64,000 nt of DNA from Botryllus schlosseri (Eukaryota), in assembly GCA_051294905.1 (NCBI GenBank), contig CM119371.1, forward strand, positions 25,484,001 to 25,548,000, written 5' to 3'. Position numbers and translations under genes: made by a program. The notes below the pieces were generated by a model. The model did no database searches. It was not told the DNA's origin and saw nothing but the letters and a program-made list of their open reading frames with translations. Shown piece after piece: positions 26,390 to 39,257 of the stretch (position 1 is the first letter of the stretch; every line of letters begins with the position of its first letter).

Positions 26390-27755
26390 CAGTGGTTCTC
26401 AACATTTTTTGACACGCGCCCCCCTTGGAGATGGTCAAAAAAATCGCGCCCCCCTGACCCCCCTTGCATTTATCGTCATGTCAAAAAGAGCACATCATCT
26501 AATACAGCGGTGGGCAACGTTTTTGATAATCATGGCCGCATTTCGATTGCTTATGTAGCGTAAGGCTGCATTCCAGGGCATAGCCGCAATGAACGATCTG
26601 GACGCAAAATTCCTATGGTAAACTGTCCATATCCATTCCCAGTGAACTCCGGACTATTCTACTTTTCACAATGCCCTATTGTACGCACCGAAATCGCGAG
26701 TGGCAATGTTATGAATAGTTGCCGGGTGGTGCATATTGTCGCGCGGAGCGCGAAAATTTTTCAGGGCCGCGAACGAATTGTTATTTCTTGTCAATTCCCA
26801 TTCCGGCTCAGATTAAGGAGGGCGCTACTGCATTAAAATCGAAAAATTAAGTCTTGTTGAATTGCGCGGATGGCGAAGAAAAATTTCAAGATAAATTAAA
26901 ATTTCTCGAAAATGCGGGAGTGAATTCGTAATTGCAATTTGCATGTCTACGGCCGTCAACTCATACTAATTGAATTAGGCGTCGACGGCCACTCAAATTC
27001 CCTTCTACGGCCGCAGGCTGCCCACCCCTGATCTAATAGTATACATAAGGTATATCTTACGCCAATTTTGAATCTGCATTCCAGTTGTTGAGTCTTTTAC
27101 ATTGCTGACAAATTTCTCCAAACATGTTTGAAAATAACAAAAAACATTGAACAAGACACCCATTAATTAATTTCAAGGTAGGTCACCCTGAGACTAATCC
27201 TGATGCTGGTAGTGAGTACAGAGAGCAAGGCGTCGTTCTGTCCTGCCAGGCTGAATTTGATCATTTTTGGAAATTAATTAAATTGTGTAGATTTATAGTC
27301 TAATTGAGGGCGAAACCGGGCAACCTATGTTGCATCCAAGTCTGTCTTAGGCAGTGCAGTTCACAAGCTACTAACAAGAGCTGCCCAGAGCGACAAGCTT
27401 TAGGCTACTGTCAAAGCTATGAAGCAATGAATGACTTACACGTGGGAATTGCTCTGTATATATCCGAAGAATTTCAAAAATTTGCTCAAATGAAGTTGAA
27501 ATCAGACTATACTCCGTTGAGCGCGGTTGCTAGAGTTTGTATTTTGCAAGCTTTCTCGAATATGGAATAACTTTCATCTTCATTAATCGTCTTCTCATAA
27601 TGGATGTGATACACATGTTCAGACACGTACAATTTATACTGACTTTGTCAATTTCTCGCGCCCCCCCTATACTGACTTCGTCAATTTCTCGCGCCCCCCC
27701 TGAGAGCCTCCTACGCCCCCCAAGGGGGGCGCGCCCCCCAGGTTGAGAACCCCTG
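26390..27755. mobile_element. hAT MITE (middle of triple nest)
   Basis: CAGTGGTTCTCAAC...GTTGAGAACCCCTG; perfect TSD ATCTATAT. Related to 47483-50791. Confidence 0.92.
26505..27030. mobile_element. hAT MITE (inner of triple nest)
   Basis: CAGCGGTGGGCA...TGCCCACCCCTG; perfect TSD ATCTAATA. Confidence 0.92.
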
Positions 27756-28449
27756 ATCTATATCATGATAAAGTATCGTTTAACAAAGTGTCTCTATAAT
27801 CTATAGTAATTAGATTTGTACTGCGCATTTTGTCAAAATGTCGAATACATTTCTCGATGCCTTCGCGGGCCGCACAAAATGCCGTAACGGGCCGTAGTGT
27901 GCCCACCCCTGCTCTAGGTGTTGTGTGATTGCGGGTCAAGCTCACAGCAGACAGTCACTAAATATTCGAGCAAAATTTTGTAACAAAGCAAGTAAAATTT
28001 TTGAGATTGTAAATGTGCATGCTCATTGCTCACTTAGGGTTGATTTTTTTATGCTGCCAGCGCCGTGCATGTAGTGGCTCGCAGTTGAAAGGCAATAAAT
28101 TACAACTAAAGATGGTATCATGAAGTGAAAATTATCATATATGAAAAAGATTCACAGTGCAGAACCTACCAAGGCTCGTTTGGGAACGTGAACCTCTAAA
28201 TTTCTGAGGTTCACACACAGAACGCGAATGTAAACCTCACGTTCACACCATACCCAATATGTATCCCATACGAGTGGAGTGCATTCTGTTTTCGTGAAAA
28301 TGTATATAAACAAAAGAATCTACTATACCTCTGGGGCTATATCTTGGTGATTGGCCTATTTACCTCGTTTTAAAGTATTAGAATGAGTAATTTGTCAACA
28401 CATACGATAAGGACATACCATAGCCACGGGAGAAACCAAGAGGCGGTGT

Positions 28450-28721
28450 GGCGAGATAGCGGAGTGGTATAATCCGCGGCTGCAACACCAATGGGTGCGC
28501 GTTCGAGTCCGACCGAGGTCGACTTCCGAATTCCGATACTTAAGTGTTGGAGGTTTACCTAGGCTCCTCCTCGCCACCTCATCCGCGTCAGCGGTGTCTT
28601 ACAAAAAGCCTAGAGGTGTGCCGTGCTATAAGTCGGCAGTTATGGAAAATAAGAAGAATATCGGACTGGTGTAAATTACCATAGTAGTCGACAAAACACC
28701 ATGAATACCCCAAAATCAAAC
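28450..28721 (+). mobile_element. tRNA-derived SINE
   Basis: A box TAGCGGAGTGG, B box GTTCGAGTCC, AAAC-type tail; ~17-bp TSD aaaccaagaggcggtgt (28433-28449) / aaaccaagaggccgttt (28722-28738). Confidence 0.85.
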
Positions 28722-29125
28722 AAACCAAGAGGCCGTTTATCAGATTACTTCCTTATCGAGTCTTAGAAATCAATGTGTAGCATCTCACAAGATTTAAATT
28801 AGGGCAAAGCTCATTGGTGACTGTGCGATTGCGGGAAACCCAGGTTTGAATTATTTCAGATCTTCCACATCTTTGATATTTGAGACAACCTGGCTGTATC
28901 GGAGCTTGAGACTGGCGACCCTGAGCGCAAAAATCGTCACGCGGTATACTACAGCCAACGGTCATTTGCGCATATTAAGATGTCCATCGATGTCATTTCA
29001 ATGTCATTTTCTTAGCTACAGCCTTGAGTTATTGCCAATTTCTAAGTACCGTATTCACCATTGTTAGGCCGGAAATGATCGTGAACTGCGGTACCGTGAT
29101 TAATTTATCAAGTTTATTGTTGAAC

Positions 29126-29712
29126 CACAGTGTCCTATATGGTGTCGACACAGGCAAATCTCACGTCTCCGTGAAATAGTATCACGTCACAATTTCCATT
29201 TGGCTACAGGAAATTTGACGGTCATTTTTGACCGGCTTGCCGAGCATTAAATTTGGTAAAACGGGTATCAATCAAAAGCTGACTCTGCACTAATTACGAA
29301 AATATAAATTTTATTCCGCTCTTGGCCCTGGAACTCCCACGATCAGCGTCGAATTTTTTATTGTTATCGAGATTGCCATTGGGACGCAGCAATGCTGAAC
29401 AATGCTGTCTGGCTCTTTTTCTCTTGAGCTACTCTCTCGTTTCGCCAGACAGCGTCCAATGCCAATCTCCATAACAATGGGAAATTCGAGGCTGATTGTG
29501 GGAGTTCCAGGGCCACGAGCGGAATAAAATTTATATTTTCGTAATTAGTGCAGAGTCAGCTTTCGATTGATACCCGTTTTACCAAATTTAATGCTCGGCA
29601 AGCCGGTCAGAAATGACCGTCAAATTGCCTGTAGCCAAATAGAAATTGTGACGTGATACAATTTCACTGAGGCGTGAGATTTGCCTGTGTCGACACCATA
29701 TAGGACACTATG
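29126..29712. mobile_element. Foldback element, probably P-superfamily non-autonomous
   Basis: ~590-bp near-perfect palindrome CACAGTGTCCTATATGG...CCATATAGGACACTATG; 7-bp TSD GTTGAAC. Confidence 0.85.
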
Positions 29713-31593
29713 GTTGAACACAATGATTTGTCATTGAATAATGACCATGTCTCATTGTTGCGGGTAGAAAGTATATGTGAACTAGATTCCGGACTTCAAT
29801 TGCAAAGTTCTAACCCTGTGGTGCAACCCTCTCCTAAATTTTACACAAGTAAACGATAAGGTAAGAAACAACTCGAAAACTATACCAGTATTGTTTTAAC
29901 GTGATAGAATGCACCATTTTAAAATCAGGGTTGAAGCTCTCCAGAAAAATCGCAATATTCAAAGGGTCGAACAGCCGCATGCGGGGCCGAGCATTAGTTT
30001 AACCAATGCTCACCCCTGTGAGAGATGATGCACGAACTCCTTCTGTGGCATAAACTAGGTCGGCGTATTTTGATAAAATTCTACTCCAGGGTACACAAAT
30101 GAGAGTTTGAGAGTTTGACTTACGGAAATGCAGCTTTTTTAATTCATTGGGGTGATGTCAAATCTCCAAGAACAAGTTAAAGTTCGCTGCGTGTGTTTCA
30201 GTAGAGCCCGCGCTTACACGCAGCCCGAATCACTCTATACTAAATATGTTCGGTCAATTAAATATACCGATCTCACCTTTACCGCAATGCCTTTCATTTT
30301 CAGCGTAGTTGCAGTCTAAACTGTAAATAAATCGGTGGTGTCTAATGATTCTGTGAATTCATATGTATCAATGAGATTATACGTGATGATACACGTGACA
30401 TATCGACAATTGGCTGTCTTATACTGACTGAGCTGACTTTACGAGGAAATTACTAATTAGCTGCGTCAGGCCTGCGATTCTAGTGTTCTTGGCTCATGTG
30501 TCTCAAGCCATTCGGGTCTTCCGATTTCGCCAACCGCCATTATTTAATAACACCTTCCATTTAAACTCCGCAGGGTCACGGCTATAGAACCGGAGCCGAG
30601 ACAAGCAGTCGTAGACCCGGATATCCGTGTATTTTTAACATATTCAACAGAGTAGGAATATGAACTGGAGCCAAAGCTCGGCGTGAATTTTGAATGGATC
30701 TGAAGTCCGGGCTAGAGTCAGAAATGTCTGCAGCCTCAATGTACTTAATAAGATGCCATGCTACAATACTATTGGATGAATCCATATACTTTAACAGCAA
30801 CCCTTCATGAAGATATGAATTCTGGAATTTGACAGCTAAGCAATCACAGCTGCGACCAAGTCTACAAACTAGTGACTGAACCATGTATACTAGACGTCAA
30901 GCGACCATTAATATTGAACAGTGGTATAAATGATCTCCGGAACTGGAGATGGTGCGATTCAACATGTGCGACTGTACGATAGGGACGATATGTCTACCTA
31001 GGTTACCATTTGATGTTTTGCTTTTTTGGTAGTTGTCAAAGGTCGTTTCACATTTACATAAATTCGGCATTAAATTTGTGAGTTATGAGCGATCAATTTT
31101 CAATGAATGTTCTCCGTGCCCTATGTCGGCGGCTCAGAAATAACAGATTTATCACCAATACGGTGTAAAATCATTAATGAAACACCATTAATACCGCAAA
31201 ATGACGAACGAGGACAGATATGCTTCATAAAAGACAACATATACGTACAGTTGATATTTTGGAACGGTTTTGATTGCGAATCTCCATTTTTAACAATTAT
31301 AACCGAAATGAAAGGCTATCTATGCAACACCCAAGGACGTGCGATATTTCCACTCCCATTAGGAATGAAGTCACCAGTCTTCAAGAACATTATACACTAA
31401 CGCGATCAGTGAGCTATTGAACATGATTTGGAAGTTACACGAATGCTTCAGCTCACGGCATATACCGAATGATAGTGCTTTGGTGTATACAGACTAGCAT
31501 TGACATCGGATTTCGGCATATTACGGATGAATTAAAAGTTTCTCATGACTGGTAATCTGACTATATAACAGTATTTCGAGATAACTTGCTTAC

Positions 31594-31678
31594 TTTTTAT
31601 CGCACACTTGATTTCGATCGACTTCAATTTGCTTTGAATCGTTCGATTTCTTGCAGTGAAGAAAGCGACTTTCTCCGT
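31594..31678 (-). CDS. LDLa-repeat protein, exon 8 of those traced
   Basis: tag|AC...AA|gtaagc; (D)GESRFLHCKKSNDSKQIEVDRNQVCDK; phase 1 to 2, in frame with the previous exon. Confidence 0.75.
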
Positions 31679-31753
31679 CTATCATTTTTATATATATTCG
31701 GGTAATAAAAGGGACTAGTTCGTTCCACGCTTAAGGGGTAACTAATTACTTAC

Positions 31754-31912
31754 CCCATTCATGTCTTTCACATATTTCGGGACGCTCAATCGATTGACAA
31801 AGGCATTCGTCAGTCAAATTCGGGCAATCAAACGATCCGTCACACAACCTGGTTGTGGGGATGATTATATTGGGATGTCCAATGCAACGGAAGCATGCCG
31901 CGTCAAGATGAT
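31754..31912 (-). CDS. LDLa-repeat protein, exon 7
   Basis: aag|AT...G|gtaagt; (D)HLDAACFRCIGHPNIIIPTTRLCDGSFDCPNLTDECLCQSIERPEICERHEW. Confidence 0.88.
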
Positions 31913-32552
31913 CTTAGAATATCATATTAAATTAGAAGTTCGAATAGAAAACAGATAAGCGCGATATATATTTGTGTCCGTCTTGTATAATGGTACTTAA
32001 ACTGGAGGACCCGTCTCCTGCGGAAAGCCTTCTTAGATTTTCGAGGCATACTTTGCCGAAATCTAAGTTTTCAAAAACGGCAGAAAGCAATCTACCAATT
32101 GTATTTAACGTCCCAATTACAGATAGGTGGTCAAAATAGTTAAGAAAGCTAAACGATTACAAGTAGAAGTAGCGACTGACAATCTTACACAAATACTAGA
32201 AGTATACGCCATTTCGAAGTAGCTAAAAACTACATCAATCAGTAGTATAATTTGCTGTCTTTGCGACTACTCAAATAAGTTGAAACTTATTCTCTGAAAC
32301 TCTGAGTAACGATCTGTTGTCGTGTACCACCCTTTTCGGCTCCTCGGGTGTAAATACACACATGCCACCACATTTACATCATATAGCCAAGTCTTAGCGT
32401 GTAATTCATCCATTGACCAGCATTTGATTGACAACCCCCCTCGCGCCCTGAACTATTCTGACGATATGTTTTGAGTACTATCCAAGAGTATATTTACATT
32501 CCATTTAACGGTTTTTGGATCCAAATTTATCAAACTAAACAATTCAGTCCTT

Positions 32553-32856
32553 GGGAAGCGAGTGGCGCAGTTGGTTAAACACTGCAGCCACGACATCGAT
32601 GGTTCGATCCTCGGCTCTGCCATGTTTCTATGTGTCGGAGGTTTATCTGGGCTCCTCATCGCCGATCCCGCTGTAAATACAGCGCCTCGAAAAGCCCAGA
32701 AGAAGAGAGAGCCGAACTCAGGAAAGATGGCAGCTAAAGACCAGAAAAACGAAGCAAGAACGCAAAAGACCTTGTATTAATGCAATTCATGTGCTGGGCG
32801 CAAATAACCATATAGGCGATAAGCGCTAATGTTGTGAATAAAACAAACAAACAAAC
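32553..32856 (+). mobile_element. tRNA-derived SINE
   Basis: A box TGGCGCAGTTGG, B box GGTTCGATCC, central segment shared with the SINE at 28450, (AAAC)n tail, imperfect TSD around cagtcctt/cagttctt. Confidence 0.82.
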
Positions 32857-33064
32857 TCAGTTCTTTTTCGCAAAAAAGGAATATTTGTATATTCCTCAGC
32901 TTCCCACTAGCAGCCGTCGCTTAGATGCTGCCCCTCAGGCGCGCACGACTTTTTCAAGTTGCTTGTTGCTAGCATCTACGCTGCATTGTTTCGATAGTTG
33001 AATTACCGTTCATGCTATTTAAAAATGCTCATTATTATGTAACTCTGTTCTTTATCCTTTATCG

Positions 33065-33932
33065 CAGTGGTTCTCGACCTTTTTGTCTTCGTGGACCCCT
33101 TTTGGACCGCCACGGACCCCCGTGGTCCCCGTGGACCCCCGCAGGTTTTCGTTCAAAATTAGCTCAATTATCGTGCAACCGTCATCTGTCCCGCGCAAAT
33201 ATTGATTCTAGGTTTGTGATAAACAGCCACAAAATGACTTTTCTTGAAAATAACATCAAACTATTTGTAGAAATTCTGTAGATTTTTATTATTTCGAAAC
33301 GAATTTTGCAGCTGTATTTGTTGTCTTGAAAATCCGTGTCTTCGATTGGATATGAACAAGTGCCGAAAATCCATTTCCAAAAAGATATGTTGGTGGCGAA
33401 TGTAAGATTAATGCATAACGCTTTCGACGACAGCTTTCGGTGTGTGTCTTTAATGAACATATCACGTTCCACCTAGTCATTTCTATCTAGCATTTCATCT
33501 TGAAGTTAATTAGTGGTTTTATCATAAGATAAAATGGATTGCATGGGGAGGTTTCAATTTCTTTATTGGTACAGATTTAGAAAAGAAAAATCAGGAATTT
33601 ATATTTCAAACGACTGTGTACTAATTTGCTGTGACTGACAACTCCAAATCCAAATACAGCATTTCATTTTTCAACAAACCCCAACAAAACATCTCTAAAC
33701 AGCAATATGTTTGCATCGGCAGGCTATTGGTAATTTAACAAGTAAAATGAGTTCGCGCAGTCGGATAATTCATCTCAGACGACCACATTAATGATGCGAG
33801 TCCTAAAGTTTTAGAAATTATGAAGGGCAACTGTCTCGTGCTTTTCCTAATTAAAGAATAATGAAAATTAGGTAATCAATCACTTTGCCAATTTAGAGGT
33901 TTCGTGGAGCCCATGCAGGTTGAGAACCGATG
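33065..33932. mobile_element. hAT MITE, older
   Basis: CAGTGGTTCTCGACC...GGTTGAGAACCGATG; TSD CTTTATCG/ATATATCG (6/8). Confidence 0.7.
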
Positions 33933-35114
33933 ATATATCGTGTAGGTTGCTCTTGATAAGAGACATGCGAAACGGTCCTATGGTCAATAAAAATATGAAT
34001 GTACTGGTAAGTGTTAAAAACTGTGTCCATGTTCCGTAAAACCAATCAGTTATTATACACACTTTTTGCTTGGAGTGCAGTGTCTCCTTTTAGAAATAAG
34101 GCTACATTGCGCCACCCCTCGTATAAAAAGGCCCCTAGTTGATCGCCGACGATATGAGCGATACAGATAAATTGTATAAGATACTACACTAAAGCTCGGT
34201 GCGATTAGGAGATATACTGAAATATTGTGGATCACTAATTTCAAACCAGTTGCTGGACTTGATATTTACTGTGATTAAACCCTCACATGGGCGAATTTAT
34301 GCGAAAGTGCAAACATGAATCACGCAACCGTTATATAAAATATAATGACGGGGACTTCATGAAAACAGATTAATATTCCATTTAAGTCTCGCGCGAAGCA
34401 TGACGAAATTGTGTACCCTCCGCTAAAACATGGAGCGAGGTTGTCATCAAATCAATTTTGTTCATAATACATCGACCAACCGCATACATTATCGCTTGGG
34501 ATCGCACTATGGGGAATTTACTATTAGATTGTCATATCGATGGTATACATGTTGTAAATAAAAATTACTCCTAAATTGCGCTGCCTATGCATAGTAAAGC
34601 CACCAATTATCAGCCATAACCATGATTGAGCCGTTGAATAGCACTATATTAATATAATGGTATAGTGACCTGATATAAATTACGACATAAGTTTAATGAA
34701 GAGAATTTAATGGCGATGGAACTCCGTAAAAATTCATGTATAATATATTTAATTAGGAACCACCGTAATATCAAGCTATCATTTAGATTAAGGAAATCAT
34801 TAGTGAGAACCAAGATAGGGAGAAGAACAAATATTGCTCCCTTCGACTTTTTTCAAAGGTAACTGCTTCCGAGCCAAATAAAGATATTGAAAGGAGGTAG
34901 GCCAGTCTTGAGATGATTCGGCTGCATAACGGATCATGACTTCTTGTTTAATGCCAACGGACATAGAGGTTCTACATGATATTCTGCACGGCAGATTCAC
35001 TATTTACTGCTCGACAATTTTATCGCATAGCATACCTATTTCACCTATCATTTATAAATAAATGAAAGCAGATATGTCGTTATAAAAAAACATGAATTAT
35101 GCATTATTTGTTAC

Positions 35115-35150
35115 CTTCGTCTTTCTCTCCACATAAGCATTCGTCTATTC
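35115..35150 (-). CDS. LDLa-repeat protein, exon 6 (36-bp microexon)
   Basis: cttcacag|GA...G|gtaac; (G)IDECLCGEKDE completes the LDLa repeat begun in exon 5 (ICDGAPICSE-G-IDEC). Confidence 0.8.
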
Positions 35151-36899
35151 CTGTGAAGATGAAACATGACTTGATAATCTGTCCAGCACTTTTCAACCTG
35201 TGGGATGGTACGCACTTGTGCGGATAAAGAAATGCAGTGCGGATAACAAACGTAGTGCCGATGAGCGCGGATAAACATCGTTTAAATATTTTACTTTTGC
35301 TGACCTGGAGTTATTTAAATAAACCTAATAGGAAATGAAAGTTAGGTTTATTCCAAAATGTTGTTGCTGCGACGCATTTGTATAGGCTTGTCTCATTTAC
35401 GAAATACCACTTATCGTATCTTTTACAGTAACTTTGTCTAGCACCAGCCATCGTGAATTAATATTTACGAATTAATAATATCACACAACCAATAACGTGA
35501 CTCGGAAACGGGTGTAGCGACATGCGGGAACATGAAGTAAAATTGACTTTCTCGTGTCATTCTTTCAACAATCATCATATTAATTTCGTAATAACGATTC
35601 GAATGACACGACGTATGAACATAGCCCTAATTACCATCATTACACACTGACATTTGTAACAATTACTGCAATGCAAATTTTATTTTTTCCTAAACGACTC
35701 GAAGTATGTGTCTCGACCAATGTTTTGATTTGGGTATGAGTTGAGGTCACAGTAATAACGAAACATAATGGAAGTTCAATTCTAAATCTGTCGTAGCGGT
35801 GACCTCTATAATAATTCATGCTTCGATTAACTGGTTAAATAAAAACATATCTCAATACTAAATATCATCACTATCTCTGAGCACCTGAGCAGGCAGTGTT
35901 GGGTGGCTTAATACTGTAAATTGTGGTCTCGTCGTTTTCATAATATCATCCTATTTTCAAATAAACAACAAGATTGCAATGGAATAAAATAGATAGGAAG
36001 GTATCAATCGACTTGGAGTAGTCTTTCATAAGTTTCAGATGATTGATACACAAGCTGAAAATAAAGGGAGGACCATGATATAAACATTTGCTAACAATCA
36101 AGTCTTAACTCAAGTTGCTGAAAGCTGGTGATGTAACTCATACCCATTGGTTCTCAACCTTTTTAGTTTGCGGGGCCGGTGAAATTTAAAAACAAACGTT
36201 ACGCGCCGGTGAGCCTGCAAAATCATAATCAAATTACTTAGGACATATGTTTGCAACTTCAAATGAGACATCAGAAATCACAACCTAATTAGAAATCTGC
36301 TCCCTCAGATTGAGTAGTGAATATTACGCCCAATATTAATACGGGTAACTGTAGCGATTAGTAGGTCGCGTGGAAAATGGAAACACAATAGAAAATATTT
36401 CGTATGTATTACACGTGCTGTACGTGATTCTATAGAAGTTTCTGTAATACGAAGGTATGTTAGAGATCCCTGACATAATATTGATTCTTCGATTGCTTTC
36501 GAAGAAACTGTGATTTTGCTAGAGCCATAATGTCGAATGTTTAGGAATTGTACTGCATATTCTACAAATTTCCTCATTAGACAATCAAATGGTATTGTCA
36601 CCTGCCGGCAACAGAGACATCAGTTAATAGGTAGGGCCTATGTAGTATTTGTTCAATTTCTTGCGAAAATAAAATTTATTCGCGCTAGGCGCGATCTCCC
36701 GTGGTTAGCTGGGTCGTATCCGAGGTCATTGTGTTGGGTACAATAGCGAATAAACGGAACACGCAGTCAAGTCGTTATTACAATATGGCTTCAATCATGA
36801 TGATATGCCGACCTTACGTAATTATGTTTGGATTCAGGATAGTATTCCACTCACAGGGGTTTCGCAGGAGAGGACGGAATGAGACCGTTGGGATATTTT

Positions 36900-37330
36900 A
36901 GACAGACAGATTCTTTATTCGTACGATGATTGTTCACACAAATATGTAAAAAAGACAAACACAGCGATATGACCACATCAAGATGTGTAGTCTTCAAGTC
37001 AGCTGTAGTCAAGGCGTAACGTTAGAACATTTAAATCATGCAACTGTCGGTCAGTAACACTTCAACAAAGGATTAAACAAACGCAAACTCAAAACAGTGG
37101 TAGTAGAAAAAAAACTGTGACACTAGTTTAGAATAAATACCAGATTTTACTCTCAGGTCTCAATATGTAGAAATGAGCTGAGACTTAAAATTCCGACAGA
37201 ATGATGCAAATGACAAACCTCTGTGCTCTATTGATAAGGAGTTCCAAATCCTTGGACCAACAAAAGTTAAGGATCTCTGGCACACACTAGCGGCTAAATT
37301 CTGTATAAAGATATTTCCAGTGCAGGGGTG
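36900..37330 (-). mobile_element. 3' fragment of a CR1/L2-group LINE
   Basis: C-terminus QRSLTFVGPRIWNSL...FKSQL resembles the end of ORF 53629-55938; 3' UTR with AATAAA and a TCTG tail. Confidence 0.75.
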
Positions 37331-37627
37331 TGCGGGATTATGAGACACAGGAATTTCAAAGTCAACTCAAAACAGATCGGCTGGGATGAAACCTTTGCCA
37401 GAAATGACCGTCGTTGGTTTCCCAGATCATGTCAATTCAAAATCTCAGCAACTTGTGTGCCAAACTTGTTCAGACGTGACTTAAATGTCGTTGTAAGCAA
37501 GACATCTCACCAACCGCTTATCAGAAGCTGGCCAACGATACGGTTTCACCAGTGGTTCACTAAATCGTTCGGTATTGGGTCTCGAGATGATTTCTGCGTT
37601 GATTTATACAGCTTATAGAGGCGTAAC

Positions 37628-37773
37628 CTTCACTACATATCGGTGCTCCGTCACAGATGTATTTCTTTGGCAATCTGCATCTTCCAACGCCATAGAATTC
37701 GGAATATTCACCAAAGCACGCTCGATAACCCATTTCCATATCTGAGGATGCCGGTATTTCGTCGCTCCCGTCG
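37628..37773 (-). CDS. LDLa-repeat protein, exon 5
   Basis: aag|C...G|gttacg (weak splice sites); (S)DGSDEIPASSDMEMGYRACFGEYSEFYGVGRCRLPKKYICDGAPICSE; phase 2 to 1. Confidence 0.8.
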
Positions 37774-38750
37774 CTTCAAATATTTATTTCGATTAAATAC
37801 CATGTGGTCAAAACGGACACAGGGGATTTTCCTCCGTACAGGTAGCCTATACACCATGCAGGCTTGTCTTGGCACATTCATAATCACCCGGAATCGACCG
37901 AAACCTCCGACAAACATGTCGAATGCAGTGGCGGCTCGCCCTACAGGGCTACTGGGGCATTATCCGGCCTAATATTCTATTCAATAACAATGATGTACAA
38001 TTTATAGACGCTCAGCAATCAATATATACCAGAATCACCGTGAAAATCGCATTCTTTTGTGCTTTCGCTTGTAAATGCCCATATGTAGCGAAGTCTGTAC
38101 GAAAATCGAATTATCTTCTGTGTTTTCGGTTTGTAAATGCCTAGCCAGGGCTTGCCCGGTAGCGCTCATAAAAAGCTTTCACAGTCTGTTCTCTCGAAGC
38201 CACTTCAATAAAGATACGGTGAATAACTGTCCTATTCGTCAAATTACCGAGCAACCGGGGCCACTTGGCGAGTCGCCCTGCCAATGTGATGTAACAATGG
38301 TATATATACCTGAACACTGTAACCGTTCTATGCATTGAGTCGACCTTTGCTGGTATAAGTCGATTTTGACGGTGTTTCGCAACATGATAATTCTTAAAAC
38401 TTGATCTGTTACGTCTTGATGGTGGTATTTAACACTGCTCCAAGTTTCAGGGTTGCTACTTAACGTTTAGGGTAGTAATTTCGCATCCAAAGTTGACTGT
38501 GTACTGATATGTCATGTATCGCAAACAGATTTTACTAACAGCGGGTATTGGTCTCTAGAGATTTTGGTTGAATTATCCGCCGAAATGCGTGTTTTTGCCC
38601 GCTTTATTGTTGTCCGTGTCTTTAAGGCTTCTTGGGTAGGCTTAGGCTATTTACATTGTTGCAATGTTGCATTGTTTAGTTTTCATAGATTTAACCCGGT
38701 TCGATCAAGTAAATTCGCCTACGCGTATAGCGTCAGTGACAAATAAGCAT

Positions 38751-39257
38751 TAGGGCTGCTCAAAAATAACTTTTATTTTTTGGATTCCAGCAATTCACTT
38801 ATTAAATTATCAGGTTACCCTAAAAAACGCTGCACACCAAATTCGATTCAATTCTAACAAGTATAGGACTCCGCAGATCCAATTAAAATTTTTAATTTAT
38901 TGGAAATATTTTAAAACAATTTCAAATTTTTCTGCCAACCCCATGAAATTGTTGAGCTGTCTTCAAAGACGATGCAAACAAATTTGACTCAATTCCGGCC
39001 AGTAGAAGCGGAGTTATGTGAGTTTTTCGTTGATAATTCTCGGCTTATTCATCGCTCAACAATGTGATGGGGTTGGCGGGAAAATTTGATTTTTTTTTCA
39101 ATTTTACCTAATAAATTGAAAATTTTAATTGGATCTGCGGAGTCCTATACTAGTTAGAATCGAACCAAATTTGGTGTGCAGCAGTTTTAGGGTAACCTGA
39201 CAATTTAATAAGTGAATGGCTGGAATCCGGAAAAAGAGATGTTTTTGAACAGCCCTA
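38751..39257. mobile_element. Foldback-like hAT MITE (TAGGG termini)
   Basis: Long internal palindrome; perfect TSD ATAAGCAT (38743-38750 / 39258-39265). Confidence 0.92.

Larger units (their letters stand above)
25387..27911. mobile_element. Internally deleted hAT element (outer of a triple nest)
   Basis: CAGGGGTGGGCA...TGCCCACCCCTG; TSD CTCTAGAT/CTCTAGGT (7/8). Confidence 0.85.
11243..28257. mobile_element. Old TAGGG-terminated MITE (~0.85 kb of own sequence) split by two large insertions
   Basis: Left end TAGGGATGGTGAG with gaacgcgaa/gaacgtgaacctc subterminal motifs (11243-11330). The same motifs and a decayed end CACCATACCCAA occur at 28160-28257. The TSD is not convincing. Confidence 0.5.

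Noticed and set aside
28450..28525. Functional tRNA-Cys gene
   Set aside because: No clean acceptor stem or terminator; it continues into a SINE body, tail and TSD.
29126..29132. CACAGTG as a V(D)J RSS heptamer or Transib/ProtoRAG end
   Set aside because: No nonamer at 12/23 spacing; both family copies give 7-bp TSDs rather than 5-bp, and the other termini deviate from the heptamer.
34041..34130. CCAAT plus TATAAAA as a plus-strand promoter
   Set aside because: No downstream gene is identifiable and such motifs are common in AT-rich DNA.
33880..34244. GPCR TM5-TM6 remnant on the minus strand
   Set aside because: Needs a frameshift, overlaps a MITE end and lies between LDLa exons, the wrong place for a 7TM domain.
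35008..35035. Extra microexon (G)MLCDKIVE of the LDLa gene
   Set aside because: It ends in phase 2 or at a stop, whereas exon 6 joins exon 7 directly in phase 1. It remains possible as an alternative terminal exon.
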